Shown one piece after another: positions 7,056 through 14,666 of a DNA stretch of 14,666 bases. Location: assembly GCA_030141605.1 (NCBI GenBank), contig JAQGDQ010002515.1, forward strand, positions 1-14,666, given 5' to 3'. Source of the stretch: Tubiluchus corallicola (Eukaryota > Animalia > Priapulida). The position numbers were made by a program, and so were the translations under genes. The first letter of the stretch is position 1, and every line of letters starts with the position of its first letter. The notes under the pieces are model-generated. The model did no database searches. It was not told the origin of the DNA and was given only the letters and a program-made list of their open reading frames with translations.

Positions 7056-7796
7056 TTGTTTAAAGTGATTTCGCACAGGGGCTTGATTCATGAAGCTCCG
7101 GAAAATACCATGAGTGCTGTAAATTTGGCTGCAAAATTGGGTGTTGATGGTGTGGAGGTTGATGTGATGCTCACTCTGGATGAGCATATAGTTCTTCACC
7201 ACGACCACTCCACACTCAGAATGAGCAATGTCGACTACGATATAGCTGCAACGCCCCTAGAAGAGCTACAGTCTATCTCCGTTAGCGGCACCAACTGCCT
7301 TTATCCTGATGAAAAGATACCTACACTCATAGAACTACTTCAAAACCTCCCCGAAAATGTTGTTCTGTACTTAAATATGAGATCCACAGGGGAAACATTC
7401 CTGAAAGTCTTAGCAAATACCCTGAATGATTACGCAAGATACCGGGCGGATGTCGTTTTGCTCAGCAGCAGCTCCCAGGATCTTTTACAGATAAAAGAAA
7501 AAACGGATGATAAAAAAGTATATCTAATAGTTTGCGATGCTTGTGAAGAAGAGCTGTCAAAGGCAATATCATCTGCAGAAGAATCCCACATAGATGGGAT
7601 CTCTCTACTGGATGACAGTTATGTAAACGAGAAGTCAATCCAATATATCAAGAACAGAAAACTGGACATAAATGTGCGGGCAGTCAGTAGTGCGGAACGC
7701 ACATTGCAACTCGGGCAACTCGGCGTAAACACGATAACGAGCGATAAGCCGTTCAATATAATAAATCGCCTATCAACCACACTCGACACACTGTAA
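7056..7796 (+). CDS. Glycerophosphodiester phosphodiesterase (GDPD) family protein, divergent
   Basis: SHRG, PENT, VEVDV, VLHHD, IPTLxE and ITSDKP motifs. TTG start with SD GGAGG at 7046-7050. Confidence 0.88.
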   Translation: MFKVISHRGLIHEAPENTMSAVNLAAKLGVDGVEVDVMLTLDEHIVLHHDHSTLRMSNVDYDIAATPLEELQSISVSGTNCLYPDEKIPTLIELLQNLPENVVLYLNMRSTGETFLKVLANTLNDYARYRADVVLLSSSSQDLLQIKEKTDDKKVYLIVCDACEEELSKAISSAEESHIDGISLLDDSYVNEKSIQYIKNRKLDINVRAVSSAERTLQLGQLGVNTITSDKPFNIINRLSTTLDTL

Positions 7797-7815
7797 ACAG
7801 TTCCGTTTTAAGAAT

Positions 7816-8322
7816 TTATGTAAACGTTCCTGATTTTTTCATCATGAGGGAGTTTGCGATTGCGGCGATGCCCTCTTCTCTTCCACAGAAGCCTAAGTGC
7901 TCTGTGGTAGTGGCTTTTACGGACACAGAATCCTTTGGAATATGCAGTATATTTCCCACAATACTCTTCATTTCGGCAGTGTATGGGGCAAGCTTCGGCT
8001 CTTGTGCAATAATTGTTATATCGGTACAGATAATATCAAATCCTGCGCTATGCACGAGTTCCACAGTCTTTTTCAACAATATTTTGGAATCTATCCCTCT
8101 GTACCTATCATCTTTATCGGGAAACAGCTCACCGATATCCTTTCCCAGCGCAATGCCCGCTATAGAATCTATCAACGCATGCAACGCTACATCCGCATCA
8201 CTGTGCCCGTCAAGACCCAACGTGTGTGGAACAACGACCCCGCACAACACCAAGGGTCTGCCGGGGACAAACCGATGAGCATCAAAACCCACACCACTTC
8301 TCAACGCTTCAATATTCGTCAT
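7816..8322 (-). CDS. ispF: 2-C-methyl-D-erythritol 2,4-cyclodiphosphate synthase
   Basis: GxGFDAH, GHSDADVALHA, DIGELFPD and KATTTEHLGFCGREEGIAA motifs. Confidence 0.97.
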   Translation of the reverse strand: MTNIEALRSGVGFDAHRFVPGRPLVLCGVVVPHTLGLDGHSDADVALHALIDSIAGIALGKDIGELFPDKDDRYRGIDSKILLKKTVELVHSAGFDIICTDITIIAQEPKLAPYTAEMKSIVGNILHIPKDSVSVKATTTEHLGFCGREEGIAAIANSLMMKKSGTFT

Positions 8323-8353
8323 TAAAATTTCTCTTTAAACGTAAATTAAACTG

Positions 8354-8396
8354 TTGTGCACGGACAAATTATATCTTATAATTTGCCCTGATAAAA
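8354..8396. promoter_or_regulatory. Bidirectional promoter between ispF and ndk
   Basis: Inverted repeat CAAATTATA-tct-TATAATTTG (8365-8385) gives TATAAT on + (8377-8382, with TTGTGC 8354-8359 17 nt upstream) and TATAAT on - (8373-8368). Confidence 0.6.
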
Positions 8397-8427
8397 GATT
8401 TTTTTAACTTTGAGAGAGGGATTATAT

Positions 8428-8847
8428 ATGGAAAGAACTTTGGCTATTGTCAAACCCGACGGCACTAAGGGTGGATTGACGGGAAAGATAATGGATAGAA
8501 TAGAGAAAGAAGGTTTCAACATACTTGCCATCAAGAAACTGCATATGAGCAAAGCAGAAGCCTCCAGGTTTTATGAAGAGCATAGCGCTCAGCCATTTTT
8601 TGAAGGTTTGGTGGACTTTATGACCAGCGGCTCGTGTTATATGATGGCCCTTGAGAGGGAAGATGCTATATCCGCGTGGCGTCAGATCATCGGCAGCACA
8701 AATCCTGCGAATGCAGATGAGGGCACCATACGCAAGTTGTACGGCAAGGATGTTCAAAACAATGTGGCACACGGCTCAGACAGCACTGAAGCTTCGATCA
8801 GAGAGATAAGCTATTTCTTCTCCGAAGTGGAACTTATTTCAAGCTAA
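8428..8847 (+). CDS. ndk: Nucleoside diphosphate kinase
   Basis: MERTLAIVKPD, FMTSG, GTIR and NVAHGSDS (catalytic His). Start at ATG 8428, with SD GAGAGGG at 8414-8420. Confidence 0.97.
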   Translation: MERTLAIVKPDGTKGGLTGKIMDRIEKEGFNILAIKKLHMSKAEASRFYEEHSAQPFFEGLVDFMTSGSCYMMALEREDAISAWRQIIGSTNPANADEGTIRKLYGKDVQNNVAHGSDSTEASIREISYFFSEVELISS

Positions 8848-8850
8848 ACC

Positions 8851-8875
8851 CAGACAGTATTTTTGTATTTGTCTG
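8851..8875. other. Stem-loop immediately after the ndk stop (pause, stability element or weak terminator)
   Basis: CAGACA (8851-8856) pairs with TGTCTG (8870-8875) and can extend through G-U pairs around a TTTT loop. There is no 3' U-tract. Confidence 0.35.
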
Positions 8876-8976
8876 TCTAACGCGAAAGGGTGAAAAGAAA
8901 GGTTAGTCTCCAAATAGCTGGATCGCGGGTTATTTGTGTATACTTTTGGGCATTGACTGATTATTAAGAGATTTGG

Positions 8977-10368
8977 ATGAAGTATTTAAGTACTAGAGGG
9001 AAGACGAAAGATGTGCTGTTTTGCGATGCGGTTCTCATGGGGCTGGCAGAGGATGGTGGTCTTCTGTTGCCCGAAAGGGTTCCTTCGTTTTCAGCTGAGA
9101 TGTTGGAAGGGCTTGTTTCAAAACCGTACGCGGGAGTAGCGTTTGAGGTTATGAAACACTTCGTGGACGATATTGATGATCGTGATCTTAAGAGGATTAT
9201 TGATGCCAGCTACATAAGCTTCTCTAATAAATCGATAGTTCCCTTGGTGCACAAGAATGACCTCTACATAGCAGAGCTTTTCCACGGTCCGACGTACGCA
9301 TTCAAGGATGTTGCGTTGCAGTTTTTGGGCAACCTTTTTGAGTATATACTCAAGAAGAACGATGAGCACACCAACATCATAGGCGCCACCAGCGGCGACA
9401 CAGGCAGCGCAGCAATACATGGCTTGTGCAACAAAGAGAGGATCTCCGTAACCATTTTATACCCTCACGGTATGGTGAGCCCAACCCAAGAGTTGCAGAT
9501 GGTGACGTCCTCAGGAAAGAACGTGTCCACCCCCGCAATACAAGGCACCTTTGACGATTGCCAGAACATAGTAAAGAGTCTGTTCTCCGATCAGGGTTTC
9601 AAGAAGGAGTACAAGCTTGGAGCTATTAACTCCATCAATTGGGCAAGGATTCTAGCCCAAATAGTTTACTATTTTTACACCTATGTAAATGTCGCATCAA
9701 CTGTGGGCGAGAAGATAAGCTACGTAGTTCCTACGGGTAACTTTGGCAATATTTTTGCGTGTTTTTATGCAAAAAAGATGGGGCTCCCGATCAAGAATAT
9801 TGTTCTTGCCACAAACAGCAACGATATTTTGAGTAGATTTGTCAACAATGGGGATTGCACATCGGAAAAGGTTATCCCAACATACAGCCCAAGCATGGAT
9901 ATTCAAGTGGCCAGCAATCTTGAAAGATATCTGTACTTCCTTTTCGATGGGGATCCGAACAGAGTAGTCGATTTCATGGAGAGCATTCATTCTGGCACCC
10001 CTTACAATCTGGCACCGGAGCATATCTTGAGAGTGCAGCAGGATTTTCTCGCCGGCGCAACGTCTGATGACGAAACTCTGTCCACAATAAAGAGCTTTTT
10101 CAGCAGCACCGGCTACATGCTCGATCCACACACTGCATGCGGTATCAATACAGCTTACAGTCTGAACCTGACTAAAGAGAAGACGATATGCCTTGCGACA
10201 GCTCATCCCGCAAAATTCCAAGACGCCATATATAAAGCCGTAGGCATGCAGCCCCAAATTCCGGAAGGCATAAGCAAGCTAAAGGGAAGAGTTGTGCACA
10301 GAGAGATTGTTCCAAACTCCGTAGATGAAATAAAGAAAATTATACAGTCCCAAGCTGACAAAATATGA
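8977..10368 (+). CDS. thrC: Threonine synthase
   Basis: 463 aa with YLSTRG, GLAEDGGL, ELFHGPTYAFKD (PLP lysine), ATSGDTG, NSINWAR, VPTGNFGN and TAHPAKF motifs. Confidence 0.97.
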   Translation: MKYLSTRGKTKDVLFCDAVLMGLAEDGGLLLPERVPSFSAEMLEGLVSKPYAGVAFEVMKHFVDDIDDRDLKRIIDASYISFSNKSIVPLVHKNDLYIAELFHGPTYAFKDVALQFLGNLFEYILKKNDEHTNIIGATSGDTGSAAIHGLCNKERISVTILYPHGMVSPTQELQMVTSSGKNVSTPAIQGTFDDCQNIVKSLFSDQGFKKEYKLGAINSINWARILAQIVYYFYTYVNVASTVGEKISYVVPTGNFGNIFACFYAKKMGLPIKNIVLATNSNDILSRFVNNGDCTSEKVIPTYSPSMDIQVASNLERYLYFLFDGDPNRVVDFMESIHSGTPYNLAPEHILRVQQDFLAGATSDDETLSTIKSFFSSTGYMLDPHTACGINTAYSLNLTKEKTICLATAHPAKFQDAIYKAVGMQPQIPEGISKLKGRVVHREIVPNSVDEIKKIIQSQADKI

Positions 10369-11386
10369 TCAAGACCTCTCAGTTTGACTTTCCTCTTCCA
10401 GAAGATCTGATAGCAGCCCACCCACCAAAAGAACGGGGAGATTCGCGTCTTTTGCTGTACAGTCGTACTGCAAAACAGCTGGAAGATAGGCAGTTTAAAG
10501 AGATTGTAGATATCCTAGATGATGACTGCTTTCTGGTTATAAACAACACCAGGGTAATGAAGTCCAGGCTCTTCGGCAAAAAGAGACCGGAGGCAAGATA
10601 GAGCTCCTTCTGCTGAAACATCTGGAGCAGAAGATATTTTCTTCCCTCATAAAGGGCAAAGTGCAGGTAGGAAGCAATATATCCTTGGACAAGGGATATA
10701 TCGCCAAGGTATTGTCTTCTGATGGGATGGGTATTTACAACATCCAATTTTTAGATGCAGATCCGCACGAGGTCATGGCAGACATTGGGCACATCCCCCT
10801 ACCCCCTTACATAAAGAGAGAGGCTTCAACTACGGATGAGATGCGTTATCAAACGATATACTCAAAAAATTGCGCTTCCGTTGCAGCTCCGACGGCTGGC
10901 CTCCATTTCACAGAAACCATAATCAATTCACTCAAAGAGAGTGGCGTGAACTTTGTGGAATTGACGCTAGAAGTTGGTCTCGGCACATTCAGACCGATCA
11001 AGGCCGACGATCTATCGAAACATGACATGCACGAGGAGAGCTTCCGCATATCAGCCAACTCTGCTAAGATGATAAATGAGTTAAAAGGATGCGGTAAAAA
11101 ACTGATTGCGGTGGGTAGCACTAGCGTTCGCGCTCTAGAGTCTGCGGCAACAGAGGATGGAACAGTCAAGAGCTGTGACATGTCCACAAAGCTGTTTATA
11201 ACGCCGGGGTATGAATTTAAAGTTGTCGATGGAATGCTTACAAACTTCCACCTTCCCAAATCATCATTACTTGTAATGGTAGCATCATTCGTAGGCTTAC
11301 CGGAGCTTATGAATATCTACCATCATGCTGTGGAGAATAGATACAGGTTCTTCAGCTACGGCGATGCAATGCTCATTTTGAGGTAA
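10365..11386 (+). CDS. queA: S-adenosylmethionine:tRNA ribosyltransferase-isomerase, frameshifted at ~10578-10583 (ORFs 10365..10601 and 10661..11386)
   Basis: N-part has FDFPLPEDLIA, SRLL and NNTRV. C-part has GHIPLPPYIKR, YQT, AAPTAGLHF, TNFHLPKS and YRFFSYGDAM. Restoring one base gives RLFGKKETGGKIELLLL and 340 aa. ATGA overlap with thrC. Confidence 0.95.
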
Positions 11387-11392
11387 CTTGAC

Positions 11393-12502
11393 ATGGTTTC
11401 TTTTACACTAACTCACACTGATAAAAAAACGAAAGCTCGAGCAGGAAAGTTGCATACACCGCACGGTGAAATACATACTCCCATATTCATGCCCGTAGGC
11501 ACGGCAGGTTCTGTAAAAGCACTATCACCTGAAAACCTAACCGCAGCGGGAGCTGAAATAATTTTGGGCAATACATATCATCTTTATTTGCGGCCGGGTG
11601 ACAACGTTATCAAACATTTTGGCGGCTTAGCGTCCTTCAACTCATGGCACAAGCCCACTTTAACGGATAGTGGCGGATTTCAGATATACAGTTTGAGCAG
11701 TTTAAACAGGATTACCGACGATGGAGTTGAATTCAGCTCCCACCTTGACGGCTCCAAGATATATTTATCTCCGGAGATATCCATGCAGATACAGGAAAAT
11801 ATTGGTGCCGACATCATTATGGCTTTTGATGAGTGCGTTTCTTTCGGAGAAGATGAAAGTGCAGTGGCAAAATCTGTAGAAAAAACAACCCTCTGGGCAG
11901 ACAGGTCTCTAAAGGCGAAAAATCGTAAAGACCAAGGTATTTTCGGGATCATCCAAGGGGGGATATACCAACATCTACGCAAAAAATCTGCCCAAAGCAT
12001 CACATCCATGGAGTTTGACGGCTTTGCCATAGGCGGACTGTCCGTGGGGGAACCACCGGAGGTTATGTATGATATCACAGACTACACCACAGATTATATG
12101 CCAACACACCAGGCAAGGTACCTTATGGGCGTGGGCACGCCATGGGATATCTTGGAGGGAATAGCCAGGGGAGTTGATATGTTTGACTGCGTCATGCCCA
12201 CCAGGAATGCAAGGAACGGAACATTATTCACATCAGTCGGAAAGATAAACATAAAGAACAAACAACACGAACTAAGTGATGCTGCACTTGATGAGCATTG
12301 TAGCTGCTACACTTGTAAAAATTTTTCCCGGGGCTACTTGAGGCACCTGTACAAATCCGGCGAAATTCTCTCCCTGCAATTAAACAGCCTGCACAATACT
12401 TTCTTTTATTTAAGTCTTGTAAAATCCGCAAGACAGGCTATACTGTTGGACTGTTTTGATGAATTTTATAAAAAAACCTTAGATAAAGTAAAGGGTAAAT
12501 AG
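11393..12502 (+). CDS. tgt: tRNA-guanine transglycosylase
   Basis: TPIFMPVGT, NTYHL, TDSGGFQ, GGLSVGE, DMFDCVMPTRNARNG motifs and a CxCxxC...H zinc site. Confidence 0.98.
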   Translation: MVSFTLTHTDKKTKARAGKLHTPHGEIHTPIFMPVGTAGSVKALSPENLTAAGAEIILGNTYHLYLRPGDNVIKHFGGLASFNSWHKPTLTDSGGFQIYSLSSLNRITDDGVEFSSHLDGSKIYLSPEISMQIQENIGADIIMAFDECVSFGEDESAVAKSVEKTTLWADRSLKAKNRKDQGIFGIIQGGIYQHLRKKSAQSITSMEFDGFAIGGLSVGEPPEVMYDITDYTTDYMPTHQARYLMGVGTPWDILEGIARGVDMFDCVMPTRNARNGTLFTSVGKINIKNKQHELSDAALDEHCSCYTCKNFSRGYLRHLYKSGEILSLQLNSLHNTFFYLSLVKSARQAILLDCFDEFYKKTLDKVKGK

Positions 12503-12513
12503 GAGATATAGTC

Positions 12514-12852
12514 ATGTACAACACACTAGCTTACGGGGCCGAAGGAGCTCAGACCGGTTTTCTTTTCAGTTTGATGCCTTTTGTAATTATTATCGCAATA
12601 TTCTATTTCATATTGATCATGCCTCAGCAGAAGCGACAGAAGAAACACCTTGAAATGCTCAACTCCATAGTGGCAGGGGATCATGTAATGACCGTCGGAG
12701 GAATGTTCGGCAGGGTTGTGTCCGTCATTGACGGCAATAATTTCATTGTTGAAATTGCAAAAGATGTCAATATCAAGCTGAATAAATCCGGCATTTCTTC
12801 AAAGCTTATAGAGGAACACACAGCAGAAGCTAAACCGGAAAAGGTTTTGTAG
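12514..12852 (+). CDS. yajC: Preprotein translocase subunit YajC
   Basis: TM helix then FYFILIMPQQKRQKKH and GDHVMTVGGMFG. SD AGGAG. Canonical position between tgt and secD. Confidence 0.95.
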   Translation: MYNTLAYGAEGAQTGFLFSLMPFVIIIAIFYFILIMPQQKRQKKHLEMLNSIVAGDHVMTVGGMFGRVVSVIDGNNFIVEIAKDVNIKLNKSGISSKLIEEHTAEAKPEKVL

Positions 12853-12922
12853 AGACCGCATCTTTTAGCTATTCGCAGATTTTTTCGTGCCAAAATCATA
12901 CTTTTAAGGAGCTAAATAACAT

Positions 12923-14470
12923 ATGAGTTATTTAAGATGGGGGGTTATTGCATGCGTGCTTATAGCCTCTATGGTGCTTGTTTTTCCTCTCAGCGAGCGG
13001 GTTAAGCTCGGCCTCGACCTTCAGGGAGGGGTGCATCTGGTGCTAGGTATAGGAGTAGATCAGGCCGTTGAGAGCAAACTCGAAACCAGAGTTGAACAGA
13101 TTATAGACGACTTCAGAAGCGAAAAGATAAGTTATTCCTTCGTTCGGAAAGAAAGCCCCACCAGCTTGCGCATAGGCTTCAAGAATGAAGACGATAAAAA
13201 AGCCATCGAAGATATTATGTCCTCAAACTATCCAAACATGAAAAAGGGCTTGCTCGGTGGAAGTGCTCTCGCTCTGAATTACTCATTTGATAACTCTTAC
13301 ATAAGTAAGATCAAAAATGATGCGGTGGAACGTTCTCTGGAGATAGTCAGAAATCGAGTGGATAAATACGGCGCCACGGAGCCGCTCATTCAGCGCCAGG
13401 GTTCAGATCAGGTGCTTGTACAGCTTCCGGGCGTTACCGACCCTGACAGAGCGATAGATCTCATAGGGCAAACAGCACAGCTTACATTTCACATAGTAGA
13501 TAGTTCCGTGTCAAGCAGTGATATCTCGTACGGCAGGCTTCCGAATGATTCTGTCGTGATGTATCAAAGAATTGTGGATAACGTGACTGGTCAGGAAATA
13601 GACAAAGTACCATTCGTTGTCAAAAAAAATCCGGTATTATCCGGAGAGTACGTGGAAGATGCGTACTCAACAATAGACACCATGACTAACAGGCCTGTTG
13701 TTGCCATACGTTTTGACAGGGTCGGAACGAAACTCTTTAGTGAAGTCAGCAAAAATTATCTACATCAACGTCTTGCAATAATCTTGGACGGCAATATATA
13801 CTCCGCCCCTTATCTCAACACACACATAACTAGTGGCAGGGCCCAAATAGAGGGCAATTTCACAGATGCGGAAGCTCATGATCTTGCGATAGTGCTCACA
13901 AGCGGCAGTCTGCCAGCTCCCGTTACGATAGAGGAGAATAGAACGGTGGGACCTTCCCTCGGACAAGATTCCATAGACAAAGGGGTTCTTGCGGCTACGG
14001 TGGGTCTGTTTCTCGTTTTGATGTTCATGATCTATTATTACAAATTTTGTGGGATTCTAGCAAATATTGCGCTTCTGATGAATTTTGCCATCATTTTAGG
14101 ATTGCTGAGTCTTGTGGATGCCACACTGACTTTGCCTGGCATTGCGGGGATTATATTGACGGTCGGCATCTCTGTTGATGCGAATGTACTGATATTTGAA
14201 CGGATTAGAGAGGAGTTGAGGTTGGGTCGTTCAGCTTTCAATGCCATTGAGCTCGGTTATGAAAAGGCATTGAGAACCATCCTGGATGCAAATATCACAA
14301 CGCTCATAGCAGCCGTTGTGCTATACAATTTCGGCACAGGCCCTATCAAAGGATTTGCTATCACGCTCTCTTTTGGAGTTATCGCGTCGATGTTTACTGC
14401 AATTTTTGTTACCAAGACCATTTTCTTGACGTTGCTAGAGAAGAAGATAATTAAAAAAATAAGTATTTAA
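12923..14470 (+). CDS. secD: Protein translocase subunit SecD
   Basis: LGLDLQGG, IVRNRVD, GSLPAP, TVGPSLG, LTLPGIAG, VDANVLIFERIREE and DANITT motifs. SD AAGGAG. Confidence 0.98.
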   Translation: MSYLRWGVIACVLIASMVLVFPLSERVKLGLDLQGGVHLVLGIGVDQAVESKLETRVEQIIDDFRSEKISYSFVRKESPTSLRIGFKNEDDKKAIEDIMSSNYPNMKKGLLGGSALALNYSFDNSYISKIKNDAVERSLEIVRNRVDKYGATEPLIQRQGSDQVLVQLPGVTDPDRAIDLIGQTAQLTFHIVDSSVSSSDISYGRLPNDSVVMYQRIVDNVTGQEIDKVPFVVKKNPVLSGEYVEDAYSTIDTMTNRPVVAIRFDRVGTKLFSEVSKNYLHQRLAIILDGNIYSAPYLNTHITSGRAQIEGNFTDAEAHDLAIVLTSGSLPAPVTIEENRTVGPSLGQDSIDKGVLAATVGLFLVLMFMIYYYKFCGILANIALLMNFAIILGLLSLVDATLTLPGIAGIILTVGISVDANVLIFERIREELRLGRSAFNAIELGYEKALRTILDANITTLIAAVVLYNFGTGPIKGFAITLSFGVIASMFTAIFVTKTIFLTLLEKKIIKKISI

Positions 14471-14486
14471 GCGGAGCACATAACAT

Positions 14487-14666
14487 ATGGTTGAATTGAT
14501 AAAAAGCAACCTCAACATCCAGTTTACAAAATACATGAGAATATTTGCGGTGATTTCGGCTATTTTAATCACCTTGTCGTTTGTCTCATTTGCCTTGAAG
14601 AGCTTCAACTATGGCATTGATTTCGTTGGCGGAACCATTGTTCAGGTGCACATTAAAGTGTAGCCA
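14487..14666 (+). CDS. secF: 5' end of protein translocase subunit SecF (partial, in-frame TAG at 14661-14663 next to the window end)
   Basis: Manual translation MVELIKSNLNIQFTKYMRIFAVISAILITLSFVSFALKSFNYGIDFVGGTIVQV shows TM1 and the GIDFxGG motif. It follows secD. Confidence 0.92.

Noticed and set aside
8410-8427. TTG start for ndk at 8410
   Set aside because: These bases contain the SD for ATG 8428, which gives the canonical MERT N-terminus.
8884-8930. T-box or threonine attenuator upstream of thrC (AAAGGGTG resembles part of the T-box)
   Set aside because: It lacks the GGTGGNACC core and a terminator with U-tract, there is too little room for stem I, and no Thr-rich leader peptide is seen.
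9697-10257. 186 aa minus-strand ORF, and the other short ORFs nested in or antisense to identified genes
   Set aside because: They overlap well-supported housekeeping genes and show no recognisable domains.
1-14666. CRISPR array, tRNA, rRNA or IS element
   Set aside because: All intergenic gaps are under about 170 nt, and none shows spaced direct repeats, a cloverleaf or terminal inverted repeats with a transposase.

Overview
A gene-dense, moderately AT-rich bacterial core-genome segment with no mobile element, CRISPR array or recognisable RNA gene. Gene order: rsmD 3' end, coaD, RomR-like response regulator, purM, purN, non-catalytic M16 peptidase subunit (+); tatC, tatB/tatA (-); radC, divergent GDPD-family phosphodiesterase (+); ispF (-); ndk, thrC, queA, tgt, yajC, secD, secF 5' end (+). 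The most interesting element is 738..2250. Two ORFs, joined by removing one base, give a ~503 aa protein with a RomR-type receiver domain, a long charge-patterned disordered linker and a RomR-C/PopZ-like C-terminal helix, so it is a candidate cell-pole scaffold. Four reading-frame breaks are visible (RomR-like gene, purN tail, queA, secF). Two are single-base losses in or beside A runs, which points to sequencing or assembly error rather than biology. Two divergent promoter regions contain clear symmetric elements. A Deferribacterota or Desulfobacterota-type host is a guess from the RomR-like gene, not something shown here. I found no convincing wholly new biological system.
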